46,453 bases of DNA from a virus. Numbering within the stretch: the first letter of the stretch is position 1; every line of letters begins with the position of its first letter. Made by a program: the position numbers and the translations under genes. Positions 28,475 to 41,789 of the stretch are shown here, piece by piece. Location of the stretch: UHGV virus genome UHGV-1365003. One strand, given 5' to 3'. Below the pieces are notes generated by a model. The model searched no databases and was not told where the DNA came from. It saw nothing but the letters and a program-made list of their open reading frames with translations.

Positions 28475-28872
28475 TGCCAGCAAAATTAAGAGGCGTCCGT
28501 CAGGCCGTAGAAAGAACATCGCAGATTGTGGATGAGATAATTGCCACGAAAGCTGTGCGTGCTCTGAAATCGGCGACATACATCATCCGCACCGAATCAG
28601 CCACGTTGACGCCGATTGATACATCGACTCTGATTAACAGCCAGTTTGATACCGTGGAAGTTAGCGGAACGCGGATCACTGGCAAAGTTGGCTACTCTGC
28701 AAAATATGCGCTGTACGTTCATAACGCCAGTGGCAAACTAAAAGGAAGGCCGCGTAGTAATGGGAATGGTACATACTGGTCGCCGGGCGGTGAGCCGCAA
28801 TTCCTGACCAAAGCAGCGCAACGCACAAAAGACCTGGTTGATAGTGTGATTAAGAAGGAGATGAAGCTGTGA
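28474..28872 (+). CDS. tail completion protein (HK97 gp10-like, putative)
   Basis: 132 aa. ATGA-coupled. Size typical of the family. Confidence 0.45.
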   Translation: MPAKLRGVRQAVERTSQIVDEIIATKAVRALKSATYIIRTESATLTPIDTSTLINSQFDTVEVSGTRITGKVGYSAKYALYVHNASGKLKGRPRSNGNGTYWSPGGEPQFLTKAAQRTKDLVDSVIKKEMKL

Positions 28873-29243
28873 ACATGCTTGAGCTGGTTGATGCATATCT
28901 TCAGGATGCCGGATTATACGATGGCTGGACTTCGCAGTTGCAGTTCTGGAATGATACTGGAGATGGCAACGAGCAATTCATTATCCTACAATCCAACGGC
29001 GGCACGCAGGTGATGGATGGCCTCGCCGGTGATTTCTATTTCTCTCTGTACGTTGTTGGGAAGCAAGGCCAGTACAACGTTGCTGATGTTGACGCGAAGG
29101 CGCTGGAGATTATCGAATACATCAAGACACATCCGATTGATTCATGCGTTAACTACATCCAGTTGCAGGCTCCGCTCGGCAGGCCGATGCTGACGGAAGA
29201 AAAACGTCCTGTGCATGAGTTGCTTTTGCGGGTTGTGAAATGA
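28869..29243 (+). CDS. tail terminator protein (putative)
   Basis: 124 aa. Last of the connector set, directly before the tail genes. Confidence 0.4.
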   Translation: MNMLELVDAYLQDAGLYDGWTSQLQFWNDTGDGNEQFIILQSNGGTQVMDGLAGDFYFSLYVVGKQGQYNVADVDAKALEIIEYIKTHPIDSCVNYIQLQAPLGRPMLTEEKRPVHELLLRVVK

Positions 29244-29245
29244 AT

Positions 29246-29272
29246 AAAGCCGCACGAAGCGGCTTTTAATTT
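29246..29272 (+). terminator. hairpin terminator AAGCCGCacgaaGCGGCTT
   Basis: Stem followed by TTTAATTT. Confidence 0.55.
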
Positions 29273-29280
29273 GGTGGACA

Positions 29281-29357
29281 CGGACGGGTTTGAACCTTCA
29301 ATCAGCCGATTATGAGTCGGTTGCTTTAACCAATTAAGCTACGCGTCCATAAGTGCT
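29281..29357 (-). tRNA. tRNA-like gene, anticodon CAU (Met, or Ile if lysidinylated), CCA encoded
   Basis: Cloverleaf on the reverse complement. Acceptor GGACGCG/CGTGTCC (one G-U). D-arm GCTT-AATTGGTTA-AAGC. Anticodon loop CU-CAU-AA. T-loop TTCAAAC. One mismatch each in the anticodon stem (A27-C43) and T stem (A51-G63). Confidence 0.55.
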
Positions 29358-29894
29358 GGTTTAAGCATTGCCAGCGTGCTTTCTTAACACCCAGCCCCGT
29401 AACCCATACATACCCCTATATATGATTGCGATAATGCTGAATGTTAAGTGTTGTGGGGCCGGTGCTGATCTCCGACTTGCGGTTATTTCAGACTCTCACG
29501 GGCGTTTAATTGCCCCGCCGAACAGCTCTTTTCCGCAATAGCTGCAATGTCTTTCGCGCATCAGCCTGCGCATTCACCACAACGGAAAGAGCACTCAGTT
29601 GTACATGCCAGTTGTGCCACTAGGAAATGCTTTCGCAGACCGTTAAGCTCTTTGCAAGTTCTTTAATGCTCTTACCTGTTGTGTGCACATTATTAATCAC
29701 ACCGGGCCAGTGCGCCGAATTTGTTTACAAGGAATCGGAAGACCTTGCTGACTTACAGGCTATTACGCCGCCATCAGAACAACATCATCGTTTGTATTTA
29801 TCTTTGTGGTCAGTTTCTAAAAAGTCCGCAAAGTCGCTCACGGAAACTATCTGAAATACAATCTACACCACAAAATAATCACTGTCAATACCTG

Positions 29895-29903
29895 TGATAT
29901 AAT
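29895..29903 (+). promoter_or_regulatory. extended -10 promoter TGTGATATAATC upstream of the major tail protein gene
   Basis: cctgTGATATAATCacc ~37 bp before the ATG at 29940. Confidence 0.45.
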
Positions 29904-29939
29904 CACCACGTTAGCAGCTAACACAATTCGGAGATCGAA

Positions 29940-30659
29940 ATGGCTATTTGTGCAAATGATAAGGGCGTTCTTGTCGGTCGCATGACCCGACTGTTCCTTG
30001 CTGAGGGGTGCGGTGACGCAGTTCCTGATGCAGAAGACTGGAAGTATTTAGGTTCAACCACCAGCAAAGGTGTTGACTACTCTCCGCAGACTACCACGTC
30101 TGAAGCGGATACCGCTGGCGGCTTTGTTTCCACTCTCGTTACCAGCTCTGATATGACCATCAGCGCAGAGGTTGAAATCCGCAAGAATGACCCGAGCGAT
30201 GAGTTTGGCTTCCACCGTCTGGTTGAGATTTACGCCACTGAACTGAAAGCGCGTCGCCAGCCTTCCTTGTGGGTGCGCCAGGTGACTGGTGCAACTATCG
30301 TTACCGCTTACTGCAACATTACCAGCATCAGCTACGAAGGCGGCACGAACGACATCGTAACTGGCAGCCTTGAATTCAAGGTTTACGATTCTGATAGCGT
30401 TACAGTAGAAAGCCTTGAACCTCTGAAGTTCACTACTGACCTGCAATCAACTGGCAGCACAGGCAGTCCGTTAACGGTTGTTGTTGAAGGTGGCGTCTCT
30501 CCTTACACCTACGTGTGGCGCAAGAATGGCGCGGTAGTTAGTGGTGAGTCCGACGCATCGCTGGCAAGCCCGGAAGCTGGTGTAGTATACACCGTCACGG
30601 TGACTGATTCGTCTACTGACCCTGAAATTATTATCAGCATGGCTTGCACTGTATCCTGA
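29940..30659 (+). CDS. major tail protein with C-terminal Ig-like domain
   Basis: 239 aa. GGAGA RBS. C-terminal ~80 aa Ig-like segment (PLTVVVEGGVSPYTYVWRKNGAVVSG...YTVTVTD). Position before the chaperone and tape measure genes. Confidence 0.7.
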   Translation: MAICANDKGVLVGRMTRLFLAEGCGDAVPDAEDWKYLGSTTSKGVDYSPQTTTSEADTAGGFVSTLVTSSDMTISAEVEIRKNDPSDEFGFHRLVEIYATELKARRQPSLWVRQVTGATIVTAYCNITSISYEGGTNDIVTGSLEFKVYDSDSVTVESLEPLKFTTDLQSTGSTGSPLTVVVEGGVSPYTYVWRKNGAVVSGESDASLASPEAGVVYTVTVTDSSTDPEIIISMACTVS

Positions 30660-30663
30660 TAAA

Positions 30664-30694
30664 GAAAAAGCCCCGAAAGGGGCTTTGTTTTATT
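30664..30694. terminator. bidirectional hairpin terminator AAAGCCCCgaaaGGGGCTTT
   Basis: Perfect stem with T-tract. Lies between the major tail gene (+) and the moron (-). Confidence 0.7.
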
Positions 30695-30890
30695 CTTGTG
30701 GCGGTTCTGGTAGTGGCATCCAGTGAGTCACGTACTTACCATAGTGATTCCAGAATGGCTTTCTCCCGTCATCAGGAACGATGTAATAATCATGCTGAAC
30801 TGCGTTATTCAACGTTTCATACACCAGGAACTCCTTATCCGTACACCCATCACCAGGAAGCATCTCACCACACTTAATCCACTGGATCAT
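30690..30890 (-). CDS. DUF551-family phage protein
   Basis: MIQWIKCGEMLPGDG...EFLVYE matches the DUF551 N-terminal signature (W-I-x-V/C-x-D/E-x-LP). Confidence 0.55.
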   Translation of the reverse strand: MIQWIKCGEMLPGDGCTDKEFLVYETLNNAVQHDYYIVPDDGRKPFWNHYGKYVTHWMPLPEPPQE

Positions 30891-31270
30891 AATTTATCCT
30901 CATTCATTTTCAGGAAGACAATCATGGCGGCGCGGAGTGGGTTTTCATGCTGGCAAATAAACACATCATCACCACGGAACATCATTACTGCACTATTTGT
31001 TGCCAACGGGCAATCTTGGCCATTGTTTTGAATGACGTCAATTTCATACTTAACAATAATGGGCCATGCGTCATCTGGGTTGTTGCAGTAGTCATGCAGT
31101 CCGTTCTTCGTGTAGCCAACAATACCTATCTCCCACTCCCCGCCACGAACTTTGTCTTTCCATGTTATTTTTCCTTCTCCGTGAAATGTTAATTCATATG
31201 GCTTATCTAGCAACGCATTGTGAACGGCGCTGTTAATCTCAAAGTCACTCATATCTTCATAATTTTTCAT
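30887..31270 (-). CDS. DUF2591-like phage protein (tentative)
   Basis: 127 aa. DFEINSAVHNALL... pattern resembles DUF2591. ATGA-coupled on both sides. Confidence 0.4.
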   Translation of the reverse strand: MKNYEDMSDFEINSAVHNALLDKPYELTFHGEGKITWKDKVRGGEWEIGIVGYTKNGLHDYCNNPDDAWPIIVKYEIDVIQNNGQDCPLATNSAVMMFRGDDVFICQHENPLRAAMIVFLKMNEDKL

Positions 31271-31410
31271 GTCACCTTATCCTCATCAAAAATCACACCA
31301 ATAACGCGAAGCAAGTCTTTAGCCATGCGTTCCGCCTCTTCATAGTCGTAACCTGCATCGACATACAAATCAGTGTAGAAAATCAGGTCTGCTTTTGTTT
31401 GTTCGTTCAT
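31267..31410 (-). CDS. hypothetical acidic micro-protein (47 aa)
   Basis: ORF MNEQTKADLIFYTDLYVDAGYDYEEAERMAKDLLRVIGVIFDEDKVT. ATGA overlaps with both neighbours. Confidence 0.4.
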   Translation of the reverse strand: MNEQTKADLIFYTDLYVDAGYDYEEAERMAKDLLRVIGVIFDEDKVT

Positions 31411-31601
31411 TTCTTATCGTTGCTCTTAACTAATGCCCAGACAAGTGCCGCAACCCAGCCAATAAAACTCCATCCTACAAGAATATTCAGCACACAGATT
31501 GCTGTCGTGTTTGTGTGCTTTCTTTGCAATGCCACAAATGATGGGAGAAGATAAGCAAATACAACCAACCCAGCGAAAAGCAACAAAATAACAACATCCA
31601 T
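31407..31601 (-). CDS. superinfection immunity family membrane protein (Imm_superinfect-like)
   Basis: 64 aa with two TM helices. Motif ALQRKHTNTTAICVLNILVGWSFIGWVAALVWAL matches the family signature (RKHPN...LN.L.GWT.IGW..AL.WA). Confidence 0.6.
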   Translation of the reverse strand: MDVVILLLFAGLVVFAYLLPSFVALQRKHTNTTAICVLNILVGWSFIGWVAALVWALVKSNDKK

Positions 31602-31636
31602 AACTCACCTCAGTCATATCTCGTTTCGATGACTTG

Positions 31637-31665
31637 AATCTACATCACCACCTCGCAGGTGTCAA
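31637..31665 (-). promoter_or_regulatory. strong sigma70 promoter TTGACA-N17-TAGATT driving the moron operon
   Basis: Minus strand reads gtgTTGACAcctgcgaggtggtgatgTAGATTcaag. Consensus -35 with exact 17-bp spacing. Confidence 0.65.
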
Positions 31666-31676
31666 CACCACTGAGA

Positions 31677-31685
31677 TGATATAAT
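31677..31685 (+). promoter_or_regulatory. extended -10 promoter TGATATAATC upstream of the tail assembly chaperone/tape measure operon
   Basis: gagaTGATATAATCaac ~20 bp before the ATG at 31706. Back-to-back with the moron promoter. Confidence 0.45.
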
Positions 31686-31705
31686 CAACATCAGTCAAAT
31701 TTAGG

Positions 31706-32428
31706 ATGCAAAACATGAGCAATCGCACGCCACTAACAGAAATCGGAGAGATGTGCATCTCGCTTTCTGACAGGAGTTTTTTCTTCAAACCATCATTCCG
31801 CGCCATGAATGAAATCGGCACACCGAAAGAAATTGTGGAAGTGTACGCCAGACTCAATGGCATTGATTATGTTGCGCCATTGCAGCACGTGGAATACCTG
31901 CCATTTGGCGCGCAGATGCAGGTTATGAAGACTATCAGCAAGCCAGTCTATGGTCGCCATGTGCTGAGTGCGGCCTATATTGTCATGCAGTCATGCTGTG
32001 AAGAAGATGTTTCCGTGCTGATTGGTGGTTGGAAACCAACACCGCGCGGCGTGCGATACGTGCCTGGCATCATGCCAGTGAACGACATTATTATAATTGC
32101 GCGTAACCTTATGCAACACGGCATCATTGGCAAGTCACCACTCAAAGTACCTGAACGACTGGAAGAGCAGGGCAAGAAAACCACAAACGAGTTTCATGCG
32201 TCTCAATACATCATCTCGGCACGCACGCATTTCGACATGTCGCGCGATGAGGCTGAAAACCTGTCCATGACAGAGTTTCAGATGATGATTAAGAATAAAT
32301 ATCCAGAGCCGAAAGGTCTGACAAAAGAAGAGCGCGCGGCAGAGTACGATCAGGCTAAAGCAGACCGAGAGCGCATGAAGGCACTGGCTGAACGCAAAGC
32401 GAAAAAGCGAGGAATACATAATGGCTGA
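31706..32428 (+). CDS. tail assembly chaperone (by position; possible G/GT fusion)
   Basis: 240 aa. Lies between the major tail and tape measure genes. K/E-rich C-terminus. Confidence 0.45.
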   Translation: MQNMSNRTPLTEIGEMCISLSDRSFFFKPSFRAMNEIGTPKEIVEVYARLNGIDYVAPLQHVEYLPFGAQMQVMKTISKPVYGRHVLSAAYIVMQSCCEEDVSVLIGGWKPTPRGVRYVPGIMPVNDIIIIARNLMQHGIIGKSPLKVPERLEEQGKKTTNEFHASQYIISARTHFDMSRDEAENLSMTEFQMMIKNKYPEPKGLTKEERAAEYDQAKADRERMKALAERKAKKRGIHNG

Positions 32429-34795
32429 AGAAGTTGGCGGAATTGTTTATGAAGTCGGAATGGATGTTAAAGGCCTGAAAGCTGGCGCGACAACAGCTAA
32501 CAAGACTCTGGATGACCTTGAATCATCTCTGAATAAAACCACTGGTGAGCTTAACAAACTGGATAAAGGCGCACGCAATGCTGGCAGCGGAATGAAGAAT
32601 GCTGGCGGAGCAGCCTCAGGGCTTAAAACCAGCATGTCGATGTTGGCTGGCGCAATATCCGTGTCACTGATTATCGAATGGGGCAAGCGATTCCTTGAGG
32701 TTGCCGATAACATGACGCAGCTTCAGGCAAGGATTGCTCGCCTGTCAACTGATGCGAAAACCGCGAACGAAACATTCAGCACACTGGCAAATATCGCCTC
32801 AACAACTGGCGCAAGCCTCAGTGACACCACGAAGCTGTGGGAAACATTGACGTCATCACTGAAAGAGGCTGGCGCAACAAATGCGCAGGTTCTTAACCTT
32901 ACAGATACCCTGCAAAAAATAGGTAGAATCGGCGGATCATCAACTGAAGAAATGGCTAACGCCTTACGTCAGTTCGGTCAGTCAATCGCATCTGGTACAA
33001 TCCGCGCCGAAGAATTTAACTCCATTCTTGAGCAGATGCCTGAACTTGCGCGCCAGATAGCCGCTGGACTTGGCATTTCAATGGGCGAGCTTCGCGCCAG
33101 AATGCTTGACGGGAAACTGACGGCAGAAGATGCCCTGAATGCCATTCAGGACAGAACAAGCGTCGTCAATGCTGAGTTTGAAAAACTTCCTCGCACAATG
33201 GATCAGGCCGTTGGTTCTCTTGAAGTTTCATTCTCAAAACTTGTGGTTGCCGTCAATGATGCGACTGGCGCATCAAAAACAGCAGTAGAGATCATCGACC
33301 AGCTGGCAAAATACATTGATTTCCTCGGCGATAAATCAACCAGCACGAGCGATAAAATTCTGTCTCTCGCCACGGTTATATCGAAGTTAAACCCGGGCGC
33401 GTGGGCGCAAATGGGAGTTGATGCGCTTTTTGGTGATGACGATATTGAAAAGCAAAAGCAATATAACGAACAGGTTGAGCGATTCGTTAAGGCATCAGCG
33501 GAAGGTTATGAGCAGACAAAGAAACAGGCTGAAGCAACAAAACACCTGAAGATTGCACAAGCACCAACCAAAGACAAAAAGGGAAAAGGAAAGGGCAAGA
33601 GCGCCGAAGAACGACAAGCTGAGTCAGTCGCTGAAAAGCTGGAGAAATTACGCCAGCAAACCATGCTCAATGCCACATCTACCAGCGAATTATCCCGCGA
33701 GCAAGCAATCCTCAACGCGCAGCAATCGCTTGGCAAGGCAGCCACTCAGGAGCAAATAAAACTGGCTGGAGAATACGCCGCTAAGATTTGGGATCAGAAG
33801 AATGCGTTGAAGGAGCAGGCGGCAGCGGAGAAGGAAAAGCAGCGCATAGAACAATCATATCAGGGATTGCGTGCCATTGTGTCACCAACGACTGGCATTG
33901 ATAGTGAATACCAGCAACGCATGGCTGACCTTGACGCTTACGCCGCAGCATATCCGCAGAAAATCACGGAGATTGAACAAACTCGCGCAGCAATTGAGGA
34001 ACAATATCGACAGCAGCGAATGGATGCGATGTGGCAGGAATGGCAGCAACAAAGCCTCGGTGCGCAACTGTTCGGTACCGCTCTTGATTCGGCAATGAGC
34101 ACGGCATCAAACAGCATTACAGGATTGCTTACCGGAACGATGAGCGTACAGGATGCCATGCGCAGTCTCGGCTCTACGGTTCTTAACTCTCTGGTAAACA
34201 GCTTTGTTGAAATGGGCGTTCAGTGGGTTAAGTCTGCTGTTATGGGGCAAACTGCGCAGGTTGCTGCTACGGCAACCACAACGGCGGCGCAAACGGCAGG
34301 ATTAGCAACCACAACAGCAGCATCGACGGCGGCGGCGGCAACCACTACTGCAGTATGGACTCCTGCAGCAATCGTCGCATCAATCGGTTCATTCGGCGGT
34401 GCTGCTGCAATTGGGGTAGGTGCCGTTCTCGGGGCTCTGGCGATGGGTATTGCTGGCAAGCGTAAAAATGGCGGCTCAGTTAGTGCCGGAAGTATGTACG
34501 AAGTGGGCGAAAATGGATTGCCTGAAATATTCCATGCGTCCAACGGTCGCCAGTATATGATCCCCGGTAACGATGGCTCCGTTATCAGCAACAAAGACCT
34601 TACCGGAGGTGGTAGTGGCGTTGTGGTTTATAATAACGTCATCAATAACAGCTCAGCGCAGGTTAGCAGCAGCGCCAGAGATAACGGTGACGGCAGTGTG
34701 ACGATTGAGACTATCGTTAGTGACATAGAAAACAACGGCCCCATTGGGCAAAGCATTAGCCGCAACTACTCAGCAAACCGGAGAGCAACCGAATA

Positions 34796-34796
<1 letters not shown>
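32421..34796 (+). CDS. tail tape measure protein
   Basis: 791 aa. Mostly alpha-helical/coiled-coil composition. Ala/Thr-rich repeats near the C-terminus. Hydrophobic segment GSFGGAAAIGVGAVLGALAMGIAG. Confidence 0.85.
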
Positions 34797-38597
<3,801 letters not shown>

Positions 38598-38636
38598 TAC
38601 AATATATATCAAATTCACAAAGGAGCATTTATTATA

Positions 38637-41360
38637 ATGGCTACCACACCAACTAATAAACCAATTCCGTCAGAAGACCCGCGCGACCTCAAGTTTAACG
38701 CCGGGAAGATTGACGAGTTCGTTACTTCCCTTGCACGGCAGTATTTCGACCGGTTCGGTAACAGGCATTACACAATTGAAGGCCTGAAGCAGCTGTTTTT
38801 GGAGCATATCTATAATCTCGGTTGGAATCTTGCAGGCTCATTTCAGGGTGGTGGGACAGTTACGTCTGCCGGAGACCTCCTGCAGGACAAGTCCACGAAT
38901 ATTTGGTATCGCTGGGATGATCTTGAAACATTGCCAAAAACTGTACCGGCAGGATCAACGCCCGCATCAGCAGGTGGTACTGGTGAGGGAAAATGGCAGC
39001 CTGTTGATGTAGCCGATGTTCTTCGTAAAGACCTTGCAAGCTCAGCGGATGATAAAGGCGATAACTTAATCACGGTTAAGTTGTCATACCCAGGTGCTGT
39101 AAGCCTTACTCAGCATGACAATAACGCGCTTTTTATTAACGTCAGACAGTTCGGATCTATAGGGGATGGCACATATCATCCGCTATCCGAGCGTTACGCA
39201 TCCCTTGTAGATGCGCAGGCGCAATATACTTTCGTGACGAGCTTAACGCAAAGTATCGACTGGGCAGCATGGCAGGCTGCATTAAACACCGGAAAAGTTG
39301 TGTATGGTACTGATAATGCGTATGTAATAACGGATACGTTAACACCTGTTTCTGGTGGTGGGATAATTGGTCTTGGTGTGGGCAAATGGGTCTCCGGATA
39401 TACTGCAACATTTGCTCCTGATATTACCACAGGGACCACATTCCTGATGTACGGTGTAGGAAATAAAAAATATACTGTAGATTGTGTTTCTAATATGGAT
39501 GTTAGTGGTGGTGTGGTTTCTAATCCATCTTCCGAAGACCCGTATACAACAACGGCACCTGCGTCATCATATGATTTATTGGATTTTACTAACGGTGATG
39601 CTAATGGGGCTACAAGAGCCACGCTTAAACCATTCTCTGCCGCAATATTGATGCCAGAGACAGGATGTGTTCGCCTTGAGAACTTTCGTGTTGTTCCATA
39701 TTTCAATGGGCTGGATGGTTATAAAGACATTGCAAATACCGGTCTTGGCGATGAGTGGGATGTAGGTATTTGGTCACGTGCTTCTTTTGGCAATGAATAC
39801 CGCAATTTGCAGGTGGTTGGATACTGGCGCAAGACGGCACTTTTAAAAACGAACATTCCTGTATCTGGCACGCTGGCCTCTCAGGGCGAGGATGAAAACT
39901 ATTATCACTGTAGATTCCAGGGATTCAAAGGTGTTTCGATCCGCGCCCATGATGTATTCCGAATTACAGCGGTAACGCCCAGCACTATCGAAATCCCATG
40001 GTCAGCAAGCCACACCTTCGAAACGTCCGGAGTTTTAAGATCTGGAGGCAGGAATTTCACTTATTCAGGATTATCCGTATCCGGTGATAAGTTAGTATTT
40101 ACTGGAGTGTCTAACGCTTCTGAGGCAACAGTAGGTTCTACTATACGGCGAAATGACATAGATAACTTTGGTATGGCGGGAACGCAATTTTTCGATTGCT
40201 ACATTACCAGCCTGTATCACCACACACATCTGCTTGCCACATCGCAATACCTGTCTCAACCATTCAGCCGACCATCAGAGTGTATGGAGGTTTCAGGGGA
40301 ACCAGTTCGCGGTGTACAGGTACATGCAGGAACCATTCAGGGATGGGATGATGTTCTTATTCATCTGCATGACTGTGGAAATATGAACTTTTACAGTACA
40401 TATTTCGAAAGCCAGCAAGCATATGTAACTATAAATGGTGGTAATGCTATTGGTTATGGAGCACGTATGATAGCTTCCCGGCAATCAACAAGCTCATTAC
40501 CATATGCAGCAGTGAATACACGAGTGCTTAGAATGGTCGGGTGCTCTGAAGGCAATGGCGTTGACTGGGGTCCTGTATTTAACAACTATACAGGAGGAAG
40601 ATATAATTCTGGAGACGGTGTATTTAACCCCCGCGATGCATTTATAGACCATAAATCTCTTCCTGAGCAGTCAGGAGGTGAGTCAAGACTCGTATCACAA
40701 AAAGGAAATGCCAGAGTAGTATGTGGTGTTGGTAAAACTGTACTGTTTGGACCAACGTCAGGAGATTGTAATTTACAGAGTAATACTGGAAGTTTAAATA
40801 TTAGAAGCGGGATAAGAGTAAGAATCGGTCACGCTGATGGAACAAACTGGTGGTTGGCAGATGATAAGAAAATAGCTCCTGTTGATGATAACGTTAAAGC
40901 TATTGGACAGCCATCAAACAGATGCTCTGTTATCTATGCAGGAACCGGGTCAATCAATACATCAGATGAAACTCTTAAAACAAGATATGATATTCTTAAT
41001 GCAGAGCGTGATGCCGCTATTGAAATAAAGTCAGTCATCTATAAATTTAAATTTAATGACTCAATTAATCACAAAGGAATTGAGTCGTCCAGGTATCATT
41101 TTGGCGTTGGCGCTCAAACCGTAGGGGATATTCTTAGAAAGCATGGTTTAAATCCTGAGCAATATGCTTTTTGGTGTTACGATGAATGGCCTGACGTATG
41201 GGATGAAGAGGTGATAACTGAAGAGAGCACAGATCCTGATACAGGTGAGAAAATTTATTCTCAATATAAAACAGGAGATATGATTCTTGTAAAAAAAGCA
41301 GGAGGACGCTACGGAATTCGTTATGACGAATTGGCTATGTTTATATTAATGGCAATGTAG
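38637..41360 (+). CDS. tail fibre / tailspike protein with C-terminal peptidase S74 intramolecular chaperone domain
   Basis: 907 aa. C-terminus SDETLKTRYDILNAERDAAIEIKSVIYKFKF...IESSRYHFGVGAQ is typical of the autoproteolytic chaperone domain. Gly-rich beta-helix-like central region. Confidence 0.7.
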   Translation: MATTPTNKPIPSEDPRDLKFNAGKIDEFVTSLARQYFDRFGNRHYTIEGLKQLFLEHIYNLGWNLAGSFQGGGTVTSAGDLLQDKSTNIWYRWDDLETLPKTVPAGSTPASAGGTGEGKWQPVDVADVLRKDLASSADDKGDNLITVKLSYPGAVSLTQHDNNALFINVRQFGSIGDGTYHPLSERYASLVDAQAQYTFVTSLTQSIDWAAWQAALNTGKVVYGTDNAYVITDTLTPVSGGGIIGLGVGKWVSGYTATFAPDITTGTTFLMYGVGNKKYTVDCVSNMDVSGGVVSNPSSEDPYTTTAPASSYDLLDFTNGDANGATRATLKPFSAAILMPETGCVRLENFRVVPYFNGLDGYKDIANTGLGDEWDVGIWSRASFGNEYRNLQVVGYWRKTALLKTNIPVSGTLASQGEDENYYHCRFQGFKGVSIRAHDVFRITAVTPSTIEIPWSASHTFETSGVLRSGGRNFTYSGLSVSGDKLVFTGVSNASEATVGSTIRRNDIDNFGMAGTQFFDCYITSLYHHTHLLATSQYLSQPFSRPSECMEVSGEPVRGVQVHAGTIQGWDDVLIHLHDCGNMNFYSTYFESQQAYVTINGGNAIGYGARMIASRQSTSSLPYAAVNTRVLRMVGCSEGNGVDWGPVFNNYTGGRYNSGDGVFNPRDAFIDHKSLPEQSGGESRLVSQKGNARVVCGVGKTVLFGPTSGDCNLQSNTGSLNIRSGIRVRIGHADGTNWWLADDKKIAPVDDNVKAIGQPSNRCSVIYAGTGSINTSDETLKTRYDILNAERDAAIEIKSVIYKFKFNDSINHKGIESSRYHFGVGAQTVGDILRKHGLNPEQYAFWCYDEWPDVWDEEVITEESTDPDTGEKIYSQYKTGDMILVKKAGGRYGIRYDELAMFILMAM

Positions 41361-41377
41361 TTGCAATAAATGCAGTA

Positions 41378-41410
41378 TATCCCGCATAAAAATGCGGGAT
41401 TGTTTTTATC
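41378..41410 (+). terminator. hairpin terminator ATCCCGCataaaaatGCGGGAT + T5
   Basis: Stem plus tgtttttatc. Confidence 0.65.
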
Positions 41411-41639
41411 TGGTGTATTTATGAATTTTAAGTAAATTTTAGTATTGATTACTGCATCGCAGTTAAAGCCTCATTACCTATGAGGCAAAACTGAGACACA
41501 CAAGGCTTTGCACTGGATTGCAAGGCTTTGTGCTATCTGAGATATAGCAATGTTGGTTGCTCCACCTTTTCATCAAGCCAGTCCGCCCACCACTGCATCA
41601 TCTCCAGGCGAGAGTCGAGATATGCATTTATGTAATAAC

Positions 41640-41670
41640 AATAACCCCGCTTCGGCGGGGTTATTTTTAT
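41640..41670. terminator. bidirectional hairpin terminator AACCCCGCttcgGCGGGGTT
   Basis: Perfect stem flanked by A- and T-tracts. Ends the minus-strand replication module. Confidence 0.65.
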
Positions 41671-41789
41671 CATCAGAAGGGTATTGAATCATCGAAGTCC
41701 ATCGGAGTCTCATTCCCTCCTTGTTGGCTTTTTTGTTTTGGTGGCTGTTGTTGTCGTTGCGGTTGCTGTCCTGATTGCTGGCGTGGTTG

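Noticed and set aside
29281-29357. tRNA as a prophage attachment-site remnant
   Set aside because: No integrase or excisionase nearby and no direct repeat of the tRNA 3' end elsewhere in the window. The gene lies in the middle of the tail module, so a phage-borne tRNA is more parsimonious.
29627-29854. 75-aa ORF with signal-peptide-like N-terminus in the tRNA-adjacent non-coding tract
   Set aside because: No spacing between the AGGAA and the ATG. Lies upstream of the operon promoter with no promoter of its own visible. Kept only as a caveat in the tRNA-region finding.
31706-32428. Programmed -1 frameshift (G/GT) in the tail assembly chaperone gene
   Set aside because: A single uninterrupted 240-aa ORF runs into the tape measure start. 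I could not find an X_XXY_YYZ slippery heptamer (GAAAAAG near 32395 does not qualify). A fused or non-frameshifting chaperone is assumed.
34220-34594. 124-aa minus-strand ORF in the Ala/Thr-repeat region of the tape measure gene
   Set aside because: Repeat-driven antisense ORF within an unambiguous 791-aa tape measure protein.
39194-39706. 170-aa minus-strand ORF within the tail-fibre gene
   Set aside because: Antisense to a long coding gene. No RBS. Composition typical of a shadow frame.
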